This document shows positions 1 through 12,497 of a stretch of DNA of 64,000 bases, piece by piece. The stretch's first letter is position 1. Each line of letters begins with the position of its first letter. The DNA is from Syncephalis fuscata S228 (taxonomy: Eukaryota; Fungi; Zoopagomycota). Location of the stretch: assembly GCA_025786725.1 (NCBI GenBank), contig JAHLTZ010000065.1, forward strand, positions 2,624 through 66,623, given 5' to 3'. The position numbers and the translations under genes are program-made. The notes beneath the pieces were generated by a model, which searched no databases, was not told the origin of the DNA, and was given only the letters and a program-made list of their open reading frames with translations.

Positions 1-1876
1 CAATTCTGGCAAGCTATCGGTGCATTTGCCAGTTTGTTTGTCAGCTCGTTCCAGTAAGTAAATGTCATCTATACTAAAAGTACAATGTATTGATTGCGTT
101 TGGCGCAGCCACCATACGTTGCATAGGGTCAGGACCAGGACCATTTCAGCGACCGCCACTTACTGAATACAAACGATTTAACAATGGTACGCACTGAATA
201 GTCATAGTGTTGTTTCTGGTAGCTGATATACTCCATTGCATCAAGGTCAGCAAAAATCAACCTCACGGTTTGGACGACATGCCCCTATGATAATAGCTGG
301 CGGTATCATAGGTATTGGAGGCTATTATGTTACTCATTTAGAGACTGTACCAATGACGGGTAAGCTTAATCAAGAAGAATTTCTCGTATTTGTAATAGCG
401 ATATGTCTGAATAGGCCGTCGTCGATTCATGTCTATTACGCCCGAAGGTGAAAAGCAACTAGCCAAAATGTCATATAATGGCGTGATGCAAGAAGTAAGC
501 TGGTATACAGATATTAGCATGTAATTGTAATAATGTACTTGTATAGTTTGGAAGACATATTCTACCCTCGTCACATCCAGTAAATATTGATTAGTTTATT
601 AATACGTGTAGATGGTGCTTATATAAATTGTGTAGGTTACTATATTTGTACGACGTGTTGCTGAGCGGATTATTCAAGGTATAGTGCTAGTACATGTATT
701 AGCAATTGGTAGACTTATTTGTATCATAGCTAGTGGTATGACGGAATTGAACTGGGAAGTGTTTGTAATTGATTCACCTATTCCAAATGCTTTTGTTCTA
801 CCCGGAGGCAAAGTATTTGTATTTACGGTAAGTCTTGGATAGTATAAATAATAATGATGCTAATTTACATTAGGGCATTCTACCTATGACACAAGATGAA
901 CAAGGCATGGCTGCCGTACTTGGTCATGAAGTAAGTTGAACTGGGAATGTCAATGGCATCTTTGTTAAACACCATGCTTAGATCGCTCACCAAGTGGCAA
1001 GGCAAGTAAAGCGAGCAATGAATGATAAAATAACTTGTACTAATTGCTTGTATGCCAATGGTTATTAGACATACAGCAGAAAAAGTTTCATTTACAAAAC
1101 TTATCATCATGGTAAGTGAAGCAATCTACGATAGATAAGCAATAGGCTAACTAGCAGAATAATAGTTTCAATTGTTTTTGAGTCTTTTCATCGACTCTAG
1201 TGCCGTATTTAATCAATTTTTCCAGCAAGTTGGTAAGTCAATAGTGCACACAAATGGTCGTATAAAGTATTAACAAACTGATTAGGCATCATGTTACCGT
1301 TTAGTCGTAAATGTGAACGAGAGGCTGATCAGGTAAGTAGCAATGAGTGGCCAAAAATTGATATTTATTAAAGTATATTATTACAAATTTAGATTGGGTA
1401 ATAACAAGCAATCTATAAAACGATTTACAGCTAACTAATCTTATAGTCTTCAATTAATGGCCCAGGCCTGCTACGACCCAACAGCAGGTAAGCATACTAT
1501 TGACTAGATTGGACAATATGTTAATGATGTTTACTACACAAATTAGCTATTACGATGTGGCATGTAAGTTTGTTATTTGATTCAACTATTTTGTAATATA
1601 TATATATAATAATCATTAAATTGTATATAGCGTATGAACCAGCAACAGAAGCGACAGCCAGTTCAGTATCTTAGCACACATCCGAGCCATGAATCTCGCA
1701 TTGCTTATTTAGAGAAATGGTTGCCAAAAGCACAGGCTACTCTTTCTCGGTCTGACTGTCACGCAGGTAATTATAATTTATGGTAGGCTAAGGTATAAAA
1801 ATCTAATACTTTGTATAATTTAATAGAATTAAGTGATCTGGCCGATAGATTCCATAATGTATGGGCCCGTTGGTAG
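1..1876 (+). CDS. OMA1: Mitochondrial metalloendopeptidase OMA1-like (peptidase M48), multi-exon, 5' end outside or unresolved at window edge
   Basis: Spliced exons give [69 protein letters not shown] (HExxH), [26 protein letters not shown] and [12 protein letters not shown]; stop TAG at 1874-1876. Confidence 0.9.
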
Positions 1877-1979
1877 TGTTTATTCTAGATTAAAACGGCC
1901 TTAAGGCTATTTAACATTAAAATTTCAATAAAGCTATAATTATTGGATGTACAATACTGATGTTATTTATTAATACTTT

Positions 1980-4900
1980 TTACTTTTTTGCTTGTGTAAC
2001 TTTGTCAATTTGGTTGACACTTCTATTTCATCATCATCATCAGTAGTTGACAGATCAGCATTTGCTTTCTTGGCTGTAGTTTTGCCAACCTTTAATTGCT
2101 TTTTTGAACTTTTGTTTAAGTGAGTGTCTGGCATCAATTTGGCCACTGCTTTACGTACACGACTACTTTTTGAGTGTTACGTAATCGCTCTTGATCAATT
2201 TTAAAGTATTGGCTAAGTTGTGTCTGTGATTCTTTCTATAAATAATGCAATTTTAATTCGCTCTACTATTTTTAGTATCCCATTCCATTTACCTTGAATT
2301 CATTTAGACGGCGAATAATTGGCAGTAAGCGTTCATCAACCTTTTCCTGTTCCCATCCAATTTTCTTCATCAAATACCTGCCAATCATTCGTTATTAATC
2401 CTATTTAATCAGCCTAAATCAATCAATATTTACCATCGAATGCCATCAAGATCTGGCAACTCCCATTGAAACAATCTGATGTATCATCCACTGTGGGATG
2501 TAGATACGCATCAGCTACACGCGGATCAGGAAAGTCTGCATCTAATATTATTTTATGACATATTTTACGCTAGTTTGTCCATAGCATGATCAGTACACCT
2601 TCTGTTGTTTATTCTTTCATAACTACTTACTAATCGACGTCGTGTAGCATTCTCTGTCTCTACTTCCGACGAAGAGTGCTTTCCTTCATCTGCATCGGTA
2701 ATCCATTCTCGGAATGCTGCCAAACCTTGTGGTCCTTGCCATTCACTGATCACTTCCATGGCCGTCACTCGACCAATACCGGCCACACCACTAGTGTAAT
2801 CACTGCCCAGTAGATAGGCTAGTTGGATAAGACGATCCCGTGTCAAAAACAGTTCCCGTTCCATATCTGCGGCCAAATAGCACTCCACATGCCGATGTGG
2901 CTGAAATACATATCTATAAACGGGTGTACCATCAAATAGAAATATATCACTATCATCGGTAATTACACCATCGACCAAGCTTAGGTGAACCAGAGTTGCA
3001 CACTGTGCCTCAGCTTCAGTGGGTGCCACTATATAAGGGATGCCGAATAACTGTAGCAGCTCCTGATCATTTAATAATAATAACAATTAGTTTACAATAT
3101 ATGCAATATGTAAATGATTTAATGTGCAACTACTTACCATGGTTTCCTGAATCATTGAATTTGATACTTGATTCAATTCACGATGTCTTTACGGCGTTGT
3201 TCATATAACTGCATTACTTCTCTTGCTAAATCTTGTTGTACCGTTTTTGCGTCTTGTTCTTGAGCTGTTTGACAAATTGTGCTTGCTTTTCTGTGCTTGA
3301 GCCTCTTCATGTGTATCATTTGTTGGCTGTGGTGATATTGCACGAATAAATGGATTACTTTCAGGCAAATTTACAATGATTTATCCGTTGAAACTATAGA
3401 ATAGGATGGTCGATTTTTGGCATTGGACTTTTGCTCATTGGCATATTGTCTTGCTGTTCTTCCAAGTCTGTTATTGACACATCCATAATATCGTCTTCCT
3501 TTAAAGAGGACTGTTTATACATTGCTGTTGAACCGGAAACTTCATTAGCCGGTGTTATCAGCTCGGTTGGTTTATCCAATTGACCAACAAGTGGCCTTGC
3601 TGATAGAAATGATGCAGATAAATCCAAGGATGACAAGTCATGAGTTGCATTTAATATTGGTTGTTTATGGTGTATCACTGTATCGGTACTATTGGTATAT
3701 ACTTGGCTGGTTTGTTGAGACTTGACCTTGATTAAATCGGCAAGGAATCGTGCGTAGAATTGCCGAGCATCTTCCGAATCTGCTGTCAAATCTATTTCAG
3801 ATTGATTTTCGACACGTTGCTTTTCTGTTGCCAACTTCTCCTTTAACACGCTACACTTGTCATTTCATCGGCATCACTTTGAAGACAACTAAAGTAGTCG
3901 GGAAAAGACGCGATACATTTCCATCAACTCGTGCCAGCCAATAACGTAATACTTGAGCTGGTGATTGACGCTCGTTACTTGATTCATCATTATTTTTTAA
4001 TAAATCAGTTTCATTCGTAATAATCTAGAAATTACCGTTAGTCATAGTAATGCCAATTAAAAATATCTTTATATTACCGGCACTTCTTCAAAACCCTCAT
4101 CGTCTTCATCGTCACTTGCATTCATATCTGTTTTCACATTGGATCTATTTTGCTCAGACGGCTCTATAGCCACTGGTTCTCTTGCTTAATCTCTATCTTT
4201 TGTTCATCATCCGATGATACATAGTCCATTTCATCGTCTTGTATATAGTCTTCAAACAGATCAATTGGCTCATCGACATCAATCTCTTCTTTAACCGAAT
4301 TTGCTAATAATCTATCTACCATCTCATCCTCTACTTCTTTAATCTTATCATCCAACGACGATGATGCTGTTGCATTGGAAGTATCGTCAGTATTTGGTTC
4401 TGTTGCTACTGGAGCCGATCCTTGTAACTGCATTGACCAGCCGCTCCGTCCATCTTCGTTCTTCACTAACACATAGGACCGGTTGCGATTTGATGCAATA
4501 TTTGCTGATATTGACACAGCACCCATATTCTGTCCCACTAGATCCATATATTTCTGTGTTAAATCATTACGACGCATTAACAATTTGATCTGCTGTTGAG
4601 AGAAATCAAATGCATTGTAAATAGTCACGAGTTAAGAAATAATCTATAATTATATACATACAATACTCTGACAGCTATACATGTATAAAAGGATATGGTT
4701 GCATTGGCCGTCATTTTACGTAGACGTTGCCATGATGTTTGTCGACTATGTATTTTGGCATCTTGTAACAATTCATATCGTATTTCCAATGGCAATGATT
4801 TGAATGCCTCTGAGTCGAAATCCAACGCTTCTGTCTATCAATATAGATCATTATTGTTAATGTTATATGTTGAATCGATGTACATACATCAAATCGATCT

Positions 4901-5749
4901 ATAAAATCGCGCATCTCTTCAGCATCATCGATTGCTCCATCTTCATTGGTATTAACAAATCGTGGATCATTTTGTTTAATCATTGAACTAGATTATTGTT
5001 AATTATGCTGTCTAATAATTTATTCTCAAATATATTTATAACATACCCAACCAATAAATCGATTGGTGGTAAGTCGTATTCGTCTCGTTTACGTTTACGT
5101 GCCGTATCTATTTGTGGCGCACTGTTTTCAGGCTTGTCACTATTACCAGTCATATTAATATGAATGGTGACGTTATAGCAATAGCAATACAATAACATCT
5201 ATCTAGACTTACGATTGAACTGCTTGCAAAGCACGCATTTTCATTTGTGCTGTAAGTAGTTGCTTCGCCGTGCGTTGAAGATTTTCTTCGGCATCTAGTT
5301 GACGTCGTTTACGGTGAGCCTATTTCATAACACAACAAGCATTCAAGTGACAGTTATTATTTGAGCGTAATAGCTACTTTGTCTATTGCTATCTCGCTTA
5401 CTATAGTACGCCGTTTGAGCTCTGGAGTAGCACCGTCGAATACAAATACCGGCTTTATGTTATGGTGCAGTAGCTTACAAATACGCCTAAAGAAGCCAAG
5501 TAAGTGCGCATTCTCCAATGGCTTGCCCTCTTCATCCTGCATTGCTTTTAAAATTGGTGCAGCCAAATGCTTGCATGTAATTATTAAGCCACAAGCTGTA
5601 GTTAAAGAATATCGTCGTACTATTTTACTATTGTTGTTACTGTTGTTTATCAAAAGGATATCTATTGCAAGTCGTTTTCCTTGCAATGATTCCATAGTAA
5701 CCTTGCGGCCAGCAGGTTCCAACAGTTGCCAAAGATCTTTGACTCCCAT
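1980..5749 (-). CDS. RAD2: XPG/RAD2 structure-specific endonuclease (nucleotide excision repair), multi-exon with two AT-AC introns
   Basis: XPG-N: [10 protein letters not shown]...[12 protein letters not shown]...[10 protein letters not shown]...PVFVFDG. XPG-I/H3TH: [18 protein letters not shown]...[12 protein letters not shown]...[26 protein letters not shown]-terminal exons approximate; a few 1-nt frame breaks are probably assembly errors. Confidence 0.92.
4617..4696 (-). other. Second U12-type (AT-AC) intron of RAD2
   Basis: 5' site ATATCCTTT, branch TTTCTTAAC ~14 nt before ...TTTAC; removal joins MTANAT to [10 protein letters not shown] in frame. Confidence 0.88.
5577..5661 (-). other. 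U12-type (AT-AC) intron 1 of RAD2
   Basis: 5' site ATATCCTTT, branch-like ATTCTTTAAC (5601-5610), ends ...AATTAC; removal restores [12 protein letters not shown]. Confidence 0.9.
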
Positions 5750-6234
5750 AATTACCACACTTGTAGGTGAAGAAAGAAGTAAAAGTTGATAAATTGAATA
5801 TATACAATAACTATAGGAATGTTGATAAAAGGAACTATTTGACACTGATATGAGTCACAATTGGACTCTCATTCTTTTCAATTGATCTTTTGCTATATTC
5901 GCTATTTTACTGAAAATATGCTTTATGATAATAAGTAGCTTGGTGTTAAATAGGCTGCTATTTACTTTATCCCCCCCGCAATCGATTGTAATAAGTTGAT
6001 TAGCTTAAATTGTGCTTAAATGATCATTTACAATAAATATTAATGTTGGATGTAATATTATACATGCTATAGTAATAAATAAGTATTTAATTGTATTTAA
6101 AAAATGTTAAAAAATGCGGGAGTCAATGTAGAATAACTCTTAATTTATAAATATTATACTATTTTCTAGCACAATTGAACAACAATAAATAATCATTGAT
6201 ATTTACTTGTGTTTTTATATCAAATGCTGAGCTA

Positions 6235-7002
6235 CTGTACTTTGACTTCCACATTTTGAGTCCTCAAATCAAAATTAGTTCCAATTAAAGTCAATTGTAA
6301 GAAAATGGTTATTCTATGGCTACTGTTACTGCTGTTATGCATAACAAAACACAAGTACAGTGTCTTCATTTACCTACTTTGAAATTCATGAGGCCGATCA
6401 TTGCTGCTGGCCATGCGTAGAAACATCGATCGAATATTAATAAAAGCCATTGATCGCGATTCCATATCGTCCCGCAGTTGTTGTTGTTGTTGTTACTAGG
6501 TACAGTGTGGTTTCTTGCATCTGAATAGTCTCTTCTATCGCCAATCTTGTACTGTTGCATTTTGGGCATATTTGCGATGTAAAATACTTATTTATGATGA
6601 CAAGAAGGTAGAACAACTAGTACTTCTGATGTTGACCATTGTCTTGAGCATTCTTGGTATCGACTTGGTAGGTGCAGTTTATTTGCCAACCATTAATGAA
6701 GCAAATGGCCTTTACCATATGCAATAATGATATACTGAGTGTCTTCGCCAGGAAGATCTTGTGGCGACAGTTGTAACCAGAATATACGGCATGCCGTTGA
6801 GGTTACTTGAACAGGTGCTAATGTAAAATAAGAGAAATAAAGACTAGGGATTGAATATGTTCTTTATTGATGTTCAAATACACATGCTATTTATATTGTT
6901 ATGTTCGGCATTAGCATATAATGTATTACTGAATAGAGCAATAGGATAGTAATAAGAAAGATAATGAAATAAGTAAATAAAAATGTGGGAATTAAAGTAT
7001 AG
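6235..7002 (-). mobile_element. Non-autonomous TIR element (TA-flanked, Tc1/mariner-like ends) carrying a decayed Fanzor/TnpB C-terminus, copy A
   Basis: Imperfect ~23-bp TIRs (CTGTACTTTGACTTCCACATTTT; right end rc CTATACTTTAATTCCCACATTTT), TA on both sides. Minus-strand frameshifted translation IIIAYG..F...GK*TAPTK...VIINKYFTSQICPKC...NCGTIWNRD-MAFINIRSMF...RPHEF matches the RuvC-II / Zn-finger / RuvC-III layout. Confidence 0.75.
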
Positions 7003-7566
7003 TAGAAACATTAAAGCCATTTAATATTAAAAGTCGTTGTTATAAAACATACTGCCAATAAATTACTAAGTGTAATAGGAAATACAATCAAAGTCAATGT
7101 TTCTTAAATACAAGTTTAGTCATAGAAAGTGTCATTATTTTAATAATAAAATGCAATTATATTCTAGAAGATGGAATAATAGACCAATATTTTATATGAA
7201 TAAATAAATGGTGCGATGTTAATGCCAGCAGAAACATGCACAGTATATTTAGTACAATAGCCAGTGGTGAACCAAGGCTTTCTGATTTTTTACCACCTAT
7301 TATTATAAGAAATTAAACTGACGCTGTTGCATCAACATCATAATCAAATGCAACACTTTATTGCAGATAGCATGAACTACTATTTAATATTTATTAACAC
7401 ATATCGGACATTGAAAATAGTGCTGATTAATTAACACTGATTAATGCAATTGAAGTTGATATGGCACTGCTTTATACATAGCACTTCTTAGTAATAAAAA
7501 CTGATCGACGGTTTATTATTTGAATTACGGATCTTTTGTCCCCAGTTTGAGGATGGGGATGCAAAG
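6332..7566. repeat. ~1.23-kb near-identical direct repeat, copy 1 (partner 20420-21654)
   Basis: Only a handful of differences seen by eye; identity runs ~560 bp beyond the element's right TIR. Confidence 0.95.
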
Positions 7567-7628
7567 GAAAGTAGCTTACAAATAATAAAACAGTTTATTA
7601 GCTGTTATGAACAAGTAGCTTGAGCATC

Positions 7629-8929
7629 TCAATAGCCAGCATAGTCGTCGGAAGTATTTACTTGATGATCTATAAAGAATTTACCCGAATGTTCTAGTAC
7701 CGATTTATCGTCAGTAAGAGCTAGATAGACTGGCGTATCCGATCCTTCCTCTATTCATACAATTAGTTCTGGATCCTATAATTGGTGATAACAACAATAG
7801 ACTTGCCTGCACTATATGTGGCAGCCATACCCGCCATATCAGTGCGGCACCAGCCGGGGCAACATGAGAAGTAGCTAACGTCTTTACGTGCATTATGGGC
7901 CAGAGAGCTTACATAAGCCAACACTCCCATTTTAGAAACAGCATAGGCTAATGTAGCAAATAGAAATTAGCTTTTGAAACTGAAAATCGGTTTCAGCTTA
8001 CTTTGACGTGGCCATCCTTTTTCTTCAAATGTGCCATCGGTAACCGAAGCCTAATGTTTTACAATTCAATTATGTGTAAATACATCACATATAGACTGAT
8101 GGTAGCTACTTACAATAAACTCGTTCATTAAAGCAGTAACAGATGCTTCTGTCTTTTTAGGATCGGTAAATCGTTGACGCAATTGGTCCGATGATAAGTA
8201 GGATAGGCGCGCAGACTGACTTCCCAACGTAACTACACGTCCATTATGCTTAATGATCGGTAGTAAAGTGTTGGTGATCTAGTAATACAACAATAATGGT
8301 AATTGATTCACCTATAATTTGAAATATTCATTCCATTTACTTACATTGACCGTGGCAAAGTAATTGGTGGTAATGGTTGTACGGGCCACTGTCTCATCGA
8401 ATGTATTTCCTTTGTATGCTATTCGCAGCCATTGGCCAATTGATTAGTCATCACATTGTTTAGCGCTGCTCTACCCACCTATGCCTGCATTGTTGATAAG
8501 AATATCCAGACCTATCTGTAGTGTGAGCCAGTCGTGTCAATTAAGCTGCCTCTATCTTAATTACCTCCATGCTCACGCTTGAGCATATTATAAAGATCTT
8601 GAATCGAAGTAGATTGCGTTACATCCAGCTGATAAAAACGCAGCTCTACCGGCACTGGTGATGACGATTCTGGTCTTTCGTATGTAAGCTCCTCTTTTAG
8701 CTGCTGAAGCGTAGTGCGGCCAAGCTGTTCATTGCGCGCTGTCAAGTACAGTACTAATGGCTGAGTCCATGCCGAGTATTCGCCCTTTCCATATTCTCTA
8801 GCAATTCTACGCACGATCTCACGTCCAATGCCTTTGTTCTGGCCATGTGGGTGATTAGAGTGTCTGTAGGTGGTAGTGGCATTTTATACTTACAGCACCC
8901 GTCACAACGATAACTTTAGTAGTGGACAT
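7629..8929 (-). CDS. Short-chain dehydrogenase/reductase, carbonyl reductase-like, multi-exon
   Basis: MSTTKVIVVTGA/NKGIGREIVRRIA (TGxxxGIG), FYQLDVT, GLDILINNAG, TTNYFAT, GRVVTLGS, AYAVSKMGV (YxxxK), CHI..PEEGSDTPVYLAL..SGKFF; stop TGA at 7629-7631. Confidence 0.85.
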
Positions 8930-9092
8930 AGCAAATAAAGAGTGTGGTGAACAAAAAAGATGAAGTGACGTCAGCCAGTAAAGTGCATTTTAAGTGAAAG
9001 TGAAATGATTTTCTTTCAATCCCATCAATACTTATTTCATTTTGTTTGATTTTTTACTCGTGTTCCCAAGTAGCTAAAAGAACATAAACCAA

Positions 9093-9743
9093 ATGAAGGA
9101 CTACCGACGTGATTTCATTGAATTTGCCATTAAGCACAATGTGCTACGGTTTGGCGAATTCACGTTGAAATCTGGACGGGTCAGCCCATACTTCTTTAAT
9201 GCTGGCATGTTCTCGACTGGTGGTGCTCTAGCCCAACTAGGCCGGTTTTACGCAGCTGCTATTTCTGATGCATCAGAACTGAGCTACGATGTGCTCTTTG
9301 GACCAGCCTACAAAGGCATTCCGCTGGCATGTGCCACAGCAGTTGCTCTGTACGACCATCATGCACGCGATACGCCATATACCTTTAACCGAAAGGAACG
9401 TAAAGACCATGGTGAAGGAGGCACGTTGGTTGGCGCACCACTGGTTGGCCGTGTGCTAATTATTGATGACGTGATCACTGCCGGTACGGCTATTCGAGAG
9501 AGCCTGGCGATTATCCGTGAACAAGATGCTGTGCCAGCCGGTGTACTCATTGCCATTGATCGACAGGAGCGTGGACAACATAGTGCACACTCGGCTATTC
9601 AAGAACTCGAGCTGGAGCAACAGCTAAAAGTGATTTCAATTGTGACGCTTTCCGATATTATCACTTATCTAGAAGAGCAAGGAGATCAGTATACGGAAGC
9701 ATTGGCTGCTATGCGACAGTATCGCACTCAGTATGGAGTATAA
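9093..9743 (+). CDS. URA5: Orotate phosphoribosyltransferase (intronless)
   Basis: [45 protein letters not shown] motif [13 protein letters not shown]. Confidence 0.97.
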   Translation: MKDYRRDFIEFAIKHNVLRFGEFTLKSGRVSPYFFNAGMFSTGGALAQLGRFYAAAISDASELSYDVLFGPAYKGIPLACATAVALYDHHARDTPYTFNRKERKDHGEGGTLVGAPLVGRVLIIDDVITAGTAIRESLAIIREQDAVPAGVLIAIDRQERGQHSAHSAIQELELEQQLKVISIVTLSDIITYLEEQGDQYTEALAAMRQYRTQYGV

Positions 9744-12497
9744 ATTGTTGCTTTATTTAGCTAGTAAAGACTGAATATATACAAATCATTAACTACTGTT
9801 TGATTCGGTTCTTTAGTCAGTAATGAACTAATGGTTTATAGCAAGCTGCCTCACAGCCATTACTGTTTAACTGAAAATTGCACACAATGAAACAATGTAA
9901 CAAGCGTAGCGATGACTGATTTGCTGGCTATATTGTGTTGTGTGCCAGGTATTATGAAAGAGGTTTTACGGCTCATTTTCCATAAAATAGTTGGTTATAG
10001 GTAGCTCAATCAGTTTATATTTATTAAATGGTTTATATTTCGTGCATCTTTAATATCATTAAGACCTTGGTCATCCTATAGCAATTGCTATAAATATTTA
10101 AACTCGCGTGAGTATTACCAAAAAATACATTTAAATGTTCAATGTAGCCATGCGATTACATAAACGTATTTGTTCAATTAAATACCAGTCCGAGTTTAAT
10201 GTGAATGCATTATACCTGTCGTCTTCATATCTTCTTTCAATTGATATAGCTTTTTTGACTTTCTTATGAATTCATCATATTTCGCAAAAGTAAACTCCTG
10301 CTTTTTTGTATTAAACAGTATGTTATTGCTATTTGCGGGAATTGGCTCAGCATTAATAAGTGGTAGTAGTCCATCGTTAAAAGCATAACAAAGTTGCCGA
10401 TAGCTTATCGACAAACAAACGTGCTGATAGCTTACTAATAAACAGGTGTGCTGTCAGTTTTTGCATAGATTTGGACTGCCATTTATAATGTATTAGGTAC
10501 TCGAAAATAGAAAGTTTAATTTTTGATGTATATTGATAAAATAAGACTCGAATATAGCTCAATATAGTCGGTGCAGATTATATAGACGCTTTGATGGCTG
10601 ATATAATGCACTCTGAAGCTTTGGCTTAATTATACTAATCTAAATTATGTAGATTTGGCTTGAATTTTTGTATGAATTTATTCAAAAAAGTTGTAATTAG
10701 CGCTTTGAAGTCTAATAAATTAACAGTGGATGCGTTGAACACCAAATACGCTTTTTTAACGTATCAATGTAATAATTATTCTCAAATGCAGTTAATAAAG
10801 AATTACTTGTTAATCCAATTGTGTTGTATGCATCGACAGAAACCAGAGGATATATATAATTGAAAATTTAGTGGGATTTAGTAGACGTGCCATAAATATT
10901 AGTAATCGTATTTGTTATTATTAATAGAGCAATAAAATAATATAAATTGCTTACTATTGTTTTTTTCTGCTTTACAATATAATATTTCCATTTAAATTGT
11001 TTTTATGTATGCTTCATTCACTAAATAAATAAAGATTCAATGCAATAAACTAGAGTGTATTTAAGAATAAATGCGAATAACAAAATGATGCATATTATTC
11101 TATGCTTTAAAACATTTCTGTGGCCATATGTATTTGCAATAATTGTGTAGATTGTAGGCAATAGAACCATGCAAACTATAATGTTAGCATATGTTTATTG
11201 CATGCAGTTATAGCTAGTACTTGTTAGAATGACACTTTTATAGTAGATATTTTACTGATATTAAATGTATACCTAGCCTAATTTCAGATCCAATGGCTTG
11301 TATCGTCTTTTCAGTTTAACAAAGTAGTTATTTCATAAATTTGTTCTATTTTCACTGGCTTTAATAAAGTTGTTTAAATTGTGCCACTAATACATATTCA
11401 TTTGCAAATACAATTAAATAGCATGGATTTCGATGATACGACAATCAGTAGTATTTCTGCTACTGTTGAATCTATTCAAGTGGAAAGATAGAATGACTAG
11501 GTTTGCCGGTCCATTTTAAATCAGTACAACTGCCGTCGATAATATAGACTTTTTTTTACTAATAAATAAACATTTAAGATATTGTAACGCTTCCAAGACT
11601 GGCTCTTGCTCCCCGTGTCAGTAGTGTCAATTATTACCAAATACAAAAACTCACCAAATCAGTACGCAGCCAACTTGCTATTTTACATATAAGTACTTAC
11701 CATTAGTAACAAACAATAAAGCATTAGTATTAGTTCTACTCCAACTTTGATTTTATATTTTTATTGGTGTCTTATCTAGATTTGCAAATTGACCATTGTT
11801 GTAAAAATCACGACAGTGCACTAAATTACAATATATTAATATTGTAAATTGCAAAAACCATATAACAAAGCTAAAAGTTTATTACTAACTGTATTCTTTC
11901 GGTAAATTTTGATTCATCTTGTTTATTACTTTTGGTCAATTGCATATAATATAATTTCGTCATCTCCATTCACGTAGTTGATTTGTCTATTTATTTGTTA
12001 TATAATATTCCATGGTTTATTTTCATGTTTTATTAAAAAGCGTCTTTATTCTAATTTCAGCATACTATTATTTAGCTATATAATAATGATAGCTTTGCTA
12101 CTATCCATACCAATTTATGCATATAACTTACATGATATAATCATACACATTTTTAAATTTAACTATTTAATTAATAATTGTCATTATTGAATTTAAATAG
12201 AACATGATTATAGATATAGCAATTTGATTATAGATATAGTTAAAATGAAACCATAAGTTTATTACGATAAGCTTGCACAGTTGAATAGAAACAACTAGAT
12301 GCAAGCCTGTCGATAAAATAATGATTCCATTGGTTAAAGACTGGATAAACCGGAGCATTGGCCAAAACTTGATATATAGGTGGACTGGACGGCGTAGTTG
12401 TCAAATGGTCTTGCTTTTCACCGAATATATACCTAAAGTGTATTGGACTAGTGGCTTGATTGCACTACCAATGCTGATGTCTTGAAACCATCGACCA

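Noticed and set aside
5545-5556. Pseudogenisation or programmed frameshift in RAD2 (similar breaks in WDR83 ~35887 and the SH3 gene ~46400 and ~45900)
   Set aside because: Single-base losses in otherwise intact conserved genes (the RAD2 one in a T/A run) are best explained as assembly indel errors; needs read polishing to confirm.
6366-6727. Duplicated small proteins MPKMQQYKIG... and MHLN... (also 20454-20815)
   Set aside because: They are frameshifted or antisense pieces of the decayed Fanzor/TnpB remnant, not independent genes.
9850-10860. Possible decayed transposon ORF downstream of URA5
   Set aside because: Short AT-rich ORFs with no motif I could recognise and no termini.
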